Virus record (IMG/VR): IMGVR_UViG_2778261296_000007
Source of the DNA: a virus
Lineage: Duplodnaviria > Heunggongvirae > Uroviricota > Caudoviricetes
Reading direction: 5' to 3' (one strand)
DNA: 21,512 bases
Shown here one piece after another: positions 9,661 through 18,279 of the stretch (its first letter is position 1; each line of letters begins with the position of its first letter). The translations under genes and the position numbers were made by a program. Below the pieces are notes generated by a model. The model saw only the letters and a program-made list of their open reading frames with translations, was not told the origin of the DNA and made no database searches.

Positions 9661-9833
9661 TGTCAGGAGTCCTGAATAGTGATTAGAGGAGTCACATGTC
9701 GGCATCAGTTTCCCGACGATGCGCATCCTCCGCCATCAGTCCCGGATGGCTTATCACTGACACAACAGCACCTTAGCGAATCGCGGGGCGCGACTCAGTA
9801 GCCTTGCCGTGTATTCATCACGGCGAGGTATTC
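9661..9833. promoter_or_regulatory. Divergent late-promoter region between O (leftward) and P (rightward)
   Basis: 173-bp gap between divergently oriented O and P starts. In P2 this interval holds the Ogr-activated late promoters. I found no perfect TGT-N12-ACA activator site by eye, so this call is positional. Confidence 0.45.
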
Positions 9834-11606
9834 ATGACCATCACCACAGACACCACTCTTTTACACGACCCGCGTCGTCAGGCGGCGCTGCTGTACTGGC
9901 AGGGGTTTTCCGTGCCGCAGATTGCCGCCATGTTGCAGATGAAACGCCCGACGGTGCAGAGCTGGAAACAGCGCGACAGCTGGGACAGCGTTGCCCCCAT
10001 CAGCCGTGTCGAAATGAGTCTGGAAGCGCGGCTGACCCAGCTCATCATCAAACCGCAGAAAACAGGCGGTGACTTCAAGGAAATTGACCTGCTGGGACGC
10101 CAGATTGAACGACTGGCACGGGTCAAACGCTACAGCCAGACAGGCAACGAGGCAGACCTTAATCCGAACGTCGCTAACCGCAACAAAAGCGGGCGGCGCA
10201 AACCGAAAAAGAATTTTTTCAGTGACGAGGCCATCGAAAAGCTGGAGCAGATTTTCTTTGAGCAGTCTTTCGAATATCAGTTGCACTGGTATCGCGCCGG
10301 GCTTGAGCACCGCATCCGCGATATCCTGAAATCCCGCCAGATTGGCGCGACGTTTTATTTTTCCCGCGAGGCGCTGCTGCGCGCCCTGAAAACCGGTCAT
10401 AACCAGATTTTTCTGTCGGCCAGTAAAACGCAGGCGTATGTGTTCCGCGAATACATCATCGCCTTTGCCCGTCTGGTTGACGTTGACCTGACCGGTGACC
10501 CGATTGTCCTTGGCAATAACGGCGCAAAACTGATTTTTCTTGGCACCAACTCCAACACCGCGCAGAGCCATAACGGCGACCTGTACGTCGACGAGATTTT
10601 CTGGATCCCGAATTTTCAGGTACTGCGTAAGGTGGCATCAGGTATGGCCTCACAGAGTCACCTGCGCTCGACCTATTTCTCCACCCCGTCCACGCTGGCG
10701 CACGACGCCTATCCGTTCTGGTCGGGTGAACTGTTTAACCGGGGACGCGCCAGTGCCGCCGAACGCGTGGAAATCGACGTCAGTCATAACGCACTTGCCG
10801 GAGGTCTTCTCTGTGCGGACGGCCAGTGGCGGCAGATTGTCACCATTGAGGACGCCCTGAAAGGCGGCTGCACACTGTTCGACATTGAGCAGCTCAAACG
10901 CGAAAACAGCGCCGACGATTTTAAAAACCTGTTCATGTGTGAATTTGTTGACGACAAGGCATCGGTGTTCCCGTTCGAGGAGCTGCAACGCTGCATGGTC
11001 GACACGCTGGAAGAATGGGAAGACTATGCACCATTTGCCGCCAATCCGTTCGGCTCCCGCCCGGTATGGATTGGTTACGACCCGTCACACCGTGGCGACA
11101 GCGCCGGATGCGTGGTGCTGGCACCGCCGGTGGTGGCCGGTGGCAAATTCAGAATACTTGAGCGTCACCAGTGGAAAGGCATGGACTTTGCCACCCAGGC
11201 GGAATCCATCCGCAAACTCACCGAAAGATATAACGTTGAATACATCGGTATTGATGCCACCGGCCTCGGTGTCGGCGTGTTCCAGCTCGTGCGCTCGTTC
11301 TATCCCGCCGCGCGCGACATCCGCTACACGCCGGAAATGAAAACCGCAATGGTGCTCAAGGCAAAAGACGTTATCCGCCGTGGCTGTCTGGAATATGACG
11401 TCAGCGCCACCGACATCACCAGCTCGTTTATGGCTATCCGCAAGACCATGACCAGCAGCGGACGCAGCGCCACCTATGAGGCCAGCCGCAGCGAGGAAGC
11501 CAGTCACGCCGACCTCGCCTGGGCAACCATGCACGCCCTGTTAAATGAGCCACTCACCGCCGGTATCAGCACTCCGCTGACATCCACCATTCTGGAGTTT
11601 TACTGA
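9834..11606 (+). CDS. P: Terminase large (ATPase) subunit P
   Basis: 590-aa product from MTITTDTTLLHDPRRQAALLYWQGFSVPQIAAM..., preceded by GAGG. The track ORF begins 10 codons earlier at 9804. Stop TGA overlaps the Q ATG (TGATG). Confidence 0.9.
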   Translation: MTITTDTTLLHDPRRQAALLYWQGFSVPQIAAMLQMKRPTVQSWKQRDSWDSVAPISRVEMSLEARLTQLIIKPQKTGGDFKEIDLLGRQIERLARVKRYSQTGNEADLNPNVANRNKSGRRKPKKNFFSDEAIEKLEQIFFEQSFEYQLHWYRAGLEHRIRDILKSRQIGATFYFSREALLRALKTGHNQIFLSASKTQAYVFREYIIAFARLVDVDLTGDPIVLGNNGAKLIFLGTNSNTAQSHNGDLYVDEIFWIPNFQVLRKVASGMASQSHLRSTYFSTPSTLAHDAYPFWSGELFNRGRASAAERVEIDVSHNALAGGLLCADGQWRQIVTIEDALKGGCTLFDIEQLKRENSADDFKNLFMCEFVDDKASVFPFEELQRCMVDTLEEWEDYAPFAANPFGSRPVWIGYDPSHRGDSAGCVVLAPPVVAGGKFRILERHQWKGMDFATQAESIRKLTERYNVEYIGIDATGLGVGVFQLVRSFYPAARDIRYTPEMKTAMVLKAKDVIRRGCLEYDVSATDITSSFMAIRKTMTSSGRSATYEASRSEEASHADLAWATMHALLNEPLTAGISTPLTSTILEFY

Positions 11607-12640
11607 TGAGCAAGAAAAAAGGGGAAACACCGCAACCTGCGGCAAAAAAAATGACCGCCAGCGCCCCGAAAATGGAGGCATTCACCTTTGGTGAGCCGGT
11701 ACCGGTACTCGACCGCCGTGACATTCTGGATTACGTCGAATGCATCAGTAACGGCAGATGGTATGAGCCACCAATCAGCTTTACCGGTCTGGCAAAAAGC
11801 CTGCGTGCTGCCGTGCATCACAGCTCACCGATTTACGTCAAACGTAATATTCTGGCTTCAACGTTTATCCCGCACCCGTGGCTGTCCCAGCAGGATTTCA
11901 GCCGCTTTGTGCTGGATTTTCTGGTGTTCGGTAATGCGTTTCTGGAAAAGCGCTACAGCACCACCGGTAAGGTCATCAGACTGGAAACCTCACCGGCAAA
12001 ATATACCCGCCGTGGTGTTGAGGAGGATGTTTACTGGTGGGTGCCGTCCTTCAACGAGCCGACAGCCTTCGCGCCCGGCTCCGTGTTTCACCTGCTGGAG
12101 CCGGATATTAATCAGGAGCTGTACGGCCTGCCGGAATATCTCAGCGCCCTTAATTCTGCCTGGCTGAATGAGTCGGCCACGCTGTTCCGCCGCAAGTATT
12201 ACGAAAACGGCGCACATGCCGGATACATCATGTACGTCACCGATGCCGTGCAGGATCGCAACGATATCGAAATGCTTCGCGAAAACATGGTTAAGTCGAA
12301 AGGCCGCAATAACTTTAAAAATCTGTTTCTCTATGCCCCGCAGGGGAAAGCCGACGGCATTAAAATTATCCCCCTCAGTGAAGTGGCGACGAAGGACGAT
12401 TTTTTTAATATCAAAAAAGCCAGCGCCGCTGACCTGCTGGACGCGCACCGCATCCCCTTTCAGTTGATGGGGGGCAAGCCGGAAAACGTCGGGTCGCTGG
12501 GTGATATTGAGAAAGTGGCAAAGGTCTTTGTCCGCAATGAGCTTATCCCGCTACAGGACAGGATCCGCGAGATAAACGGCTGGCTCGGTCAGGAGGTCAT
12601 CCGCTTTAAAAACTACTCACTGGACACTGACAACGGCTGA
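11606..12640 (+). CDS. Q: Portal (capsid vertex) protein Q
   Basis: 344-aa ORF (MSKKKGETPQPAAKKMTASAPKMEAFTFGEPVPVLDRRDILDYVE...), matching recalled P2 gpQ length. Confidence 0.95.
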   Translation: MSKKKGETPQPAAKKMTASAPKMEAFTFGEPVPVLDRRDILDYVECISNGRWYEPPISFTGLAKSLRAAVHHSSPIYVKRNILASTFIPHPWLSQQDFSRFVLDFLVFGNAFLEKRYSTTGKVIRLETSPAKYTRRGVEEDVYWWVPSFNEPTAFAPGSVFHLLEPDINQELYGLPEYLSALNSAWLNESATLFRRKYYENGAHAGYIMYVTDAVQDRNDIEMLRENMVKSKGRNNFKNLFLYAPQGKADGIKIIPLSEVATKDDFFNIKKASAADLLDAHRIPFQLMGGKPENVGSLGDIEKVAKVFVRNELIPLQDRIREINGWLGQEVIRFKNYSLDTDNG

Positions 12641-12645
12641 ACATC

Positions 12646-12667
12646 GCCGCCTGCGGGCGGCTTTTTT
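12646..12667 (+). terminator. Intrinsic terminator downstream of Q
   Basis: GCCGCC-TGCG-GGCGGC hairpin (12646..12661) followed by TTTTTT (12662..12667), 6 nt after the Q stop. Confidence 0.7.
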
Positions 12668-12809
12668 ACACCCCGTCATCACGCCCTCACACGCTCACCA
12701 CCGCACAAAACACCCCGCAGACACACCAACGCCTCAACGGGCAGACTAAGCGCCTTCACGACGCGCTCAGACGCTGAAAAAATAAAATCAGCACCACCGC
12801 CAGCGCGCA

Positions 12810-12828
12810 GTGCTTTCCCCGCCTCGCC
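12810..12828. other. cos cohesive-end sequence (P2-type 19-mer)
   Basis: gtgctttccccgcctcgcc is the reverse complement of GGCGAGGCGGGGAAAGCAC, which I recall as the P2 19-nt cohesive end. It sits between Q and the right-end accessory region, as expected in a prophage. Confidence 0.6.
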
Positions 12829-12921
12829 CGCCCGCTTCATGGGGCGGTTTTGATGCAACCTCGTATTAAAGGGGACACCATAGCCCATCAAACCTCAGAC
12901 TTCGCCCCTAGCTAACGTTTA

Positions 12922-12950
12922 TGAATGCAATGTAATGCAACTTAATGCAA
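12922..12950 (+). repeat. Three 10-bp-phased direct repeats of AATGCAA upstream of the cargo gene
   Basis: tgAATGCAA / tgtAATGCAA / cttAATGCAA at 12924-12930, 12934-12940 and 12944-12950, about 60-90 bp upstream of the 13012 ATG. Confidence 0.6.
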
Positions 12951-13011
12951 GTTATGGTAATGATAATTCTGCGTTAACAATTAAACTAATGTACCTGTAA
13001 GAGGATAAAAA

Positions 13012-15495
13012 ATGTCTGGTTTTTTCCTTGATTTAACCAAGCTTTCGCCCAGTGTAAATAGCGACACAGCGATTCCACCGCGAGATATATTTACAGCTCT
13101 ACCGAGCAAAGACACCAAATTTCAATACCCTCGAGATGTGCAATCAGAGGTCTGGGAAAAATGGTATGAAGCAAGGAGAAGCCCAACCAATGTAATAAAA
13201 ATGAATACCGGAAGCGGTAAAACTTCAGTTGGGTTAATCATTCTTAAAAGCTGTATAAATGAAGGAGAAGGTCCCGCTGTATATGTTGTTCCTGACAACT
13301 ATCTAGTTGAGCAAGTGGTTTTGGAGGCTAATCAACTTGGTATACCTGTAACTCAAGATGAGAGGTCCCCCAAATTTATTGCAGGTAAAGAAATTTTAGT
13401 TACAAATATATTCAAAGTGGTTAATGGACGTTCTGCATTTGGCGTTGGAGATGATGGACAAAAAATACCAATAGGTTCTATAATAATTGACGATGCTCAC
13501 GCTTGCCTTTCTTCAATTGAAGAACAATTCTCCATTAGCATTCAAAAAAATAACCCTGCCTATGATAAATTATTCAGAATTTTTGAAAATTCACTAATGA
13601 CACAAGCTGGTGCAAAAACACTAGAGATAAAATCCGGCGATAGAAATGCTTATGTGAGAGTTCCATTTTGGAAATGGCAAGAAAGCATAAATGATATAAT
13701 GACAATCTTGTTAGAAAATAAAGACCATGATGACTTGAGTTTCAAATGGCCATTAATAAAAGACAATCTAATATTATCGAAATGCGTTGTAAGTGCTTCC
13801 AAAATAGAGATATCACCTCATTGCATACCAATCCAAATGATCCCAAGCCTATCAAACGCAAGAAGAAAAATATTCATGACAGCTACTCTTGTCGATGAAT
13901 CCATTCTAGCGAGCCACTTCGGAATAACGGATGAATCACTCTCTAATCCGATAACACCAAAAACAATTGGTGATATTGGTGATAGAATGATACTAATGCC
14001 TCAGGTTATAAACCCTAGTCTTTCTGATGTAGATATCAAAGCTATGTGCAAGGAGATATCCTCCAAACATAATGTTGTTGTAATTGTACCATCCGATTAC
14101 AGAACTAGATTTTGGCAAGATGTTGCAGACAGAATATTAGATAAAAATACAATTTATCAAGGTGTACAAGAATTAAGGACACAACATGTTGGCTTAGTAG
14201 TCCTAGTTAATAGATATGATGGTATTGATTTACCAAATACCGCATGTCGTCTATTAGTAATAGATGGACTTCCTGACGTTCGTAGACTAATAGATAAAGT
14301 CTCACAAAGCTTATTGCTTGGAAGCGAAAAAACCAAAGATGAAATTATCCAGAAAATTGAACAAGGAATGGGGCGAGGAGTGAGATCAAGCGACGACTTC
14401 TGCGGAGTGATCTTACTTGGCAAAGCATTAAATGGCGCTGTTTTCCTTGGCTCCTCCTTAGAAAGGTTTTCTCCAGCAACGAAAGCACAAATTCAACTTT
14501 CACAGCAATTGGTATCGATACTGCCGGATACAACTATTGATTCAATCAAAGGTGCTCTTGATTATTGTCTGTTACGCAATTCTGACTGGGTCTCAAAAAG
14601 CAAAGGTATATTGACTGGCTTAACATTGGAAAATAAGCAGATTGACCAGCATACTATAAACAAAAGATTGGCATATGACTTAGCATCACGAAATATGTTT
14701 CAACAAGCCGCTTTAACTCTAAAAAATGATAGTAGCACAGCTGACAAAGTTTATAAGGGTTATCTAAAAGAACATGCTGCGGAATATGTAAACTTATATG
14801 ACAAATCTGAAGCTCAGATATTGCTTCAGTCTGCATCAAACGATAACTATCGGGTATTAAAACCACTAATCGGCGTAACATATAATAGACTTAATGGTGC
14901 GGCACTTGAACAGGCCAGGGAATGTAGCTCCTATCTCAGAAGTAATTTTGAATCGGCGAATCAAGTCGTTGTGCATACTAATTCAATAATAGAAAACCTT
15001 ATTTTCTCCGAGGGCACATCGAATCCCTTCGAAGATGCTATCGAAAAAGTTGCATATTTGGTCGGTTTTCGTAGCCAACGGCCAGAAAATGATACAGGTA
15101 AAGGACCTGACAATTTATGGGCAATGGGAGAAAACAATTATCTAGTAATTGAATGCAAAAATGGAGCAACCGCAGAAAGAATAAGTAAGCATGACTGCAA
15201 TCAGTTAAATGGGTCGGGTGCATGGTTCAGAAACATGTATGATCAAACTGCTACCGCCACACCTATAATGATACATCACTCTAATATGCCTGAATATGCC
15301 GCAACACTAAACGAAGGGTCTCGAATAATGACCATAAATGATCTTGAACGTTTTAAAGCATCTATCCTCAGTTTTATCACGGCCATTTGTACAAGTGATA
15401 AACGACACGATGAGATATTTATAAGAGAACAATTGATCACATGTAAATTACGTGCATCAGACATAGTTGAAACCTATACGCGAAACCCTCGTTAA
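13012..15495 (+). CDS. Cargo protein: SF2 (DEAD/DEAH-like) helicase fused to a C-terminal PD-(D/E)xK nuclease-like domain; candidate anti-phage defence protein
   Basis: 827-aa ORF with RBS AAGAGGA 6 nt upstream. Walker A NTGSGKTS (aa 65-72), motif Ia VPDNYLVEQ, motif II IIIDDAH (aa 158-163), motif III TAT (aa 290-292), motif V-like RYDGIDLP (aa 401-408), motif VI QGMGRGVR (aa 451-458). C-terminal E675...GPD700...IE714-C-K716 fits the PD-(D/E)xK pattern. AT-rich, unlike flanking phage genes. Confidence 0.85.
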   Translation: MSGFFLDLTKLSPSVNSDTAIPPRDIFTALPSKDTKFQYPRDVQSEVWEKWYEARRSPTNVIKMNTGSGKTSVGLIILKSCINEGEGPAVYVVPDNYLVEQVVLEANQLGIPVTQDERSPKFIAGKEILVTNIFKVVNGRSAFGVGDDGQKIPIGSIIIDDAHACLSSIEEQFSISIQKNNPAYDKLFRIFENSLMTQAGAKTLEIKSGDRNAYVRVPFWKWQESINDIMTILLENKDHDDLSFKWPLIKDNLILSKCVVSASKIEISPHCIPIQMIPSLSNARRKIFMTATLVDESILASHFGITDESLSNPITPKTIGDIGDRMILMPQVINPSLSDVDIKAMCKEISSKHNVVVIVPSDYRTRFWQDVADRILDKNTIYQGVQELRTQHVGLVVLVNRYDGIDLPNTACRLLVIDGLPDVRRLIDKVSQSLLLGSEKTKDEIIQKIEQGMGRGVRSSDDFCGVILLGKALNGAVFLGSSLERFSPATKAQIQLSQQLVSILPDTTIDSIKGALDYCLLRNSDWVSKSKGILTGLTLENKQIDQHTINKRLAYDLASRNMFQQAALTLKNDSSTADKVYKGYLKEHAAEYVNLYDKSEAQILLQSASNDNYRVLKPLIGVTYNRLNGAALEQARECSSYLRSNFESANQVVVHTNSIIENLIFSEGTSNPFEDAIEKVAYLVGFRSQRPENDTGKGPDNLWAMGENNYLVIECKNGATAERISKHDCNQLNGSGAWFRNMYDQTATATPIMIHHSNMPEYAATLNEGSRIMTINDLERFKASILSFITAICTSDKRHDEIFIREQLITCKLRASDIVETYTRNPR

Positions 15496-15504
15496 ACAGT
15501 AAAA

Positions 15505-15527
15505 GACCACCTCCTAAGGAGGTGGTC
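15505..15527. terminator. Hairpin between the convergent cargo gene and gene A; candidate bidirectional terminator
   Basis: GACCACCTCC-taa-GGAGGTGGTC, a perfect 10-bp stem with 3-nt loop, 10 nt after the cargo stop. A/T-rich flanks on both sides (aaacagtaaaa / cttgtataataaaaag). Confidence 0.6.
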
Positions 15528-15734
15528 CTTGTATAATAAAAAGAACCAGTTTTTATTGTTAATAATACAATTCTCGAATTTCAACATAGACTTATTGTAC
15601 CACCAGTAAAATCATCAATATTAATATATAGAAAAAAAGAAATGTCGATTATTTGTACGTAGCGTAATCATATTAACATATACAGATAAACAGCAACCTT
15701 ACCATTATGCAACCAATCTAAAACATTATGTTTA

Positions 15735-18056
15735 TTACTCTGAATAACCAGAAAACCCACTCCACTCATCTACACTAGGATATGAAAATTGCTTTTCATT
15801 GTAATTGACGATCGCACCGCGTACTAACGCCTCAAGCTCCCATCGCTGCGGCCTGATACCGTTTTGAGCAAGGTCAACACGGATACGGGTGATTTGCAAT
15901 CGTTCAGACCGGGTCAGTCTGGCCGATGGTGCAATTTCATGTGGTTTTAACGGGCTTCCGTTTCTTTGCTGACGACCTGGCGTTCTCCGACCGTGTTTTA
16001 ATGCACCCCTGAGCGCCCTCACGACCTCCGGGTCATTCCATTCGATAACACCGTCATCAACCAGATTTAGCACTGCTGCGGCGTGCTCAGAAGGTGTGGG
16101 AGCCGGTAACGAAGTATCACCACCGGTGAGCTTTCCACAGTTATTGACAGGACTCCGAGGCGCGGCGATGCCGCTTTTTAAAGTCAAAGGCTCAACGACC
16201 GGAACTTTCGGCACAATGCGCCAGTCCGTCGTTCTGGTGATATGAATATGACGCGCGCCGAGATGCGGCGCGTAAATGCCGACCACTCTCTCGACTTCTT
16301 CCTCGTATTCGTTAACGTCATCCGACGGGCTACGGGCGACCCTGACAGTCTGACAATCGCGCGGGACATTTGCCCCGCCCTGCGCGCTGATATACAGCGC
16401 AAAATCGCCACTGTCTGCGGCGGCGCGTGCAGCCTCCACGCGTTCGTCAAATTCATCAGCAATGCTGACGCCGCGAGGCAATTTACGTAGCTCACGGTAA
16501 GCTCCCATTGTCGGCAGGCCAACCGTTTTAAATTGCGGGATGCGCCACGTTGACGCCCATGCGGTAACAGCCGCCGCAGTATCTTTCAGCGGTCTGCCGG
16601 TATCGTTATCGAGCTGACCATCCAGTGCATAGCCGTCGATATTTTTTGAAATGTATTTCGCGATATATCCCGCAGCACCGCCCCGGTTAAGGTGTTTTGC
16701 CTGAAAACGGTTTCGCGCGGCTCCTCTTTCGTCGCCATCCTCTTTGAGCGCATAGCGATGCATGATTTCGATAATCTGGTTACGCTGGCGTGGATTACAA
16801 AAAAGCATCATATGCCAGTGCGGCGTTCCGTCGTGGTGTGGCTCGACGACTCGCAAACCGTAGACCTGTAAATCATTATCCTTGAATGCCGTGCGCATCA
16901 GGCTCCAGATACGGCAGAGATAACGCTGCGCATCCTTCGGATTAAATGCCTCATCATTCCAGCCGTGATTAAGCTGGACGGTTTTACTTTCGCCTTTTCC
17001 GACCTGACGTGTCGGGTGATACTTTGACGGCGCGGTCAGCGTGATAAACATCCCCACATCACCCTCTGCGGCGGCGTAACGCTCAATACCGGCAATGGTG
17101 TTCATCAGCTCCATCCGGCGAATTTCAGGATTAGAAATACTGCCCATCACCTTACTGATAAGGTCGATGCGCTCGCCGGTTTCCCTGTTTTCAAGGTCAC
17201 ACGATTTAAGAAATTCCAGATTTGCCTGGCGACGCGCACGCACATCACGAATGGCGTGTTTACTGGCATAAGGAGAACGGTCTTTATTGACCTCCCCGAC
17301 AGCTATCAGTAACGCTTCATGCCAGCGCATACGCTGGCCTTTAAGCTGATGAGTCCACCACTCATCGTTAAACAGACGGGCAATGGCAGAATATGCCTGC
17401 CTCGTGGTCATCTGCCCTTTACGGTATTTTTTCCAGTAGAGAGGGGAAATATTGAAAGCACGTGCAGCGCCAGCAACATGACCATACAGGTGAGCCTGCG
17501 CCTCATCCGTAAACAGTGATTCTTTTTCGCCATGCGCATCCACCCAGGCATCGCTGAGTTCCTCATACATCATGAAAAGCTGCGATGAGATACGGGCGGC
17601 AAACTTTTTCAGCTCCTTGTCATTCATTCCCGGCAGGCGCGCATAGTGGTCACGCTCTGCCAGAAACAGCAACGACGCGTCGGTGTTCATTTCATGGCGC
17701 TGATTCACACGCTCAATGCGCGGCCATAAACGACGCTGAAAAGTGGATGTGAGGAAATAAAACCCGTGTACCGGGCTTTTATTGCGCCGGATGTAGTCAT
17801 AGCGTGAAGTAAACAGCGAGCGCAAAAAGTAAGGCAGGCGGTTAATCGTGGATAAAACACCTTGCACCTGACGCATCTCGTCACGTGTAAGGGGTCTTTC
17901 GCGCCCGACAGCCTCGCGTGGCGCGTTCCATGCATAAGCACCGGTAAACGCCTTACCGGTGCCTGCGGCAAATGCTGACGGAGGGACAAAACGCCCGGAG
18001 GCTTTAACGGCCATATGAGCCAAAAGCCTCTGAACAACGCCTGCTGAGTTGCTCAA
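15735..18056 (-). CDS. A: Replication initiation protein A (HUH rolling-circle endonuclease)
   Basis: 773-aa ORF. Contains an HUH motif (TPHWHMMLF) and a Y-x3-Y active-site motif (GYIAKYISK). The likely true start is MAVKASGRF at 18014 (759 aa), as I recall for P2 gpA. Confidence 0.9.
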   Translation of the reverse strand: MSNSAGVVQRLLAHMAVKASGRFVPPSAFAAGTGKAFTGAYAWNAPREAVGRERPLTRDEMRQVQGVLSTINRLPYFLRSLFTSRYDYIRRNKSPVHGFYFLTSTFQRRLWPRIERVNQRHEMNTDASLLFLAERDHYARLPGMNDKELKKFAARISSQLFMMYEELSDAWVDAHGEKESLFTDEAQAHLYGHVAGAARAFNISPLYWKKYRKGQMTTRQAYSAIARLFNDEWWTHQLKGQRMRWHEALLIAVGEVNKDRSPYASKHAIRDVRARRQANLEFLKSCDLENRETGERIDLISKVMGSISNPEIRRMELMNTIAGIERYAAAEGDVGMFITLTAPSKYHPTRQVGKGESKTVQLNHGWNDEAFNPKDAQRYLCRIWSLMRTAFKDNDLQVYGLRVVEPHHDGTPHWHMMLFCNPRQRNQIIEIMHRYALKEDGDERGAARNRFQAKHLNRGGAAGYIAKYISKNIDGYALDGQLDNDTGRPLKDTAAAVTAWASTWRIPQFKTVGLPTMGAYRELRKLPRGVSIADEFDERVEAARAAADSGDFALYISAQGGANVPRDCQTVRVARSPSDDVNEYEEEVERVVGIYAPHLGARHIHITRTTDWRIVPKVPVVEPLTLKSGIAAPRSPVNNCGKLTGGDTSLPAPTPSEHAAAVLNLVDDGVIEWNDPEVVRALRGALKHGRRTPGRQQRNGSPLKPHEIAPSARLTRSERLQITRIRVDLAQNGIRPQRWELEALVRGAIVNYNEKQFSYPSVDEWSGFSGYSE

Positions 18057-18279
18057 CCTGCGCGTTTAAATCAGCAAAAGACTTTGCGCTTCCGGTCAGA
18101 ATATCGTGATGCATCAGGCCGGAAACGAGCTGGCTTAATTTCGGGTAATAACCAACCACCGCCAGCCATTCCTGACCGGCGTTTTTACCGCTTTCCGCTC
18201 TCTTTTTCTCGTGGAGAATAAACTGAAAGCTGTCACTGGTAACGACATAACGTTCGCCAATTTCAATACGAATACTCAT
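18004..18279 (-). CDS. Small early-operon protein (P2 orf83 position), unknown function
   Basis: 91-aa ORF directly upstream of A, overlapping the neighbour's stop (ATGA) at 18276-18279. Confidence 0.6.
   Translation of the reverse strand: MSIRIEIGERYVVTSDSFQFILHEKKRAESGKNAGQEWLAVVGYYPKLSQLVSGLMHHDILTGSAKSFADLNAQVEQLSRRCSEAFGSYGR

Noticed and set aside
9661-9833. Search for a canonical Ogr/Delta activator site (TGT-N12-ACA) in the late-promoter region
   Set aside because: No perfect match found by eye, only partial half-sites (e.g. GTG-N12-ACA near 9679..9696). The region is still called as a promoter on positional grounds, but I do not assert a specific activator site.
9861-10571. 236-aa minus-strand ORF (and 11085..11534, 11990..12448) antisense within P and Q
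   Set aside because: Antisense to terminase and portal genes that are strongly supported by product identity. No RBS or operon context.
12679-12891. 70-aa minus-strand ORF spanning the cos region
   Set aside because: It overlaps the cos 19-mer and the GC-rich packaging region, has an arginine/glycine-rich low-complexity translation, and P2 has no gene here to my knowledge. Most likely non-coding.
12922-12950. Possible CRISPR-like or mini-satellite repeat
   Set aside because: Only three 7-8 bp repeat units with 2-3 bp spacers. Far too short for a CRISPR array, and more consistent with a protein-binding or promoter element.
14157-14533. Short minus-strand ORFs (88 aa and 62 aa) inside the cargo helicase gene, and others at 14654..14881, 15038..15223, 15276..15464
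   Set aside because: Antisense to the 827-aa ORF, whose helicase and nuclease motifs are in frame and in canonical order. AT-rich sequence gives fewer long random ORFs but these are still short and lack RBSs.
15528-15734. AT-rich 200-bp spacer between the hairpin and the A stop as a possible small gene or ncRNA
   Set aside because: No ORF longer than about 10 codons with a plausible start on either strand, and no recognisable structured RNA motif. More likely residual cargo-junction or terminator DNA, though a small RNA cannot be excluded without transcript data.
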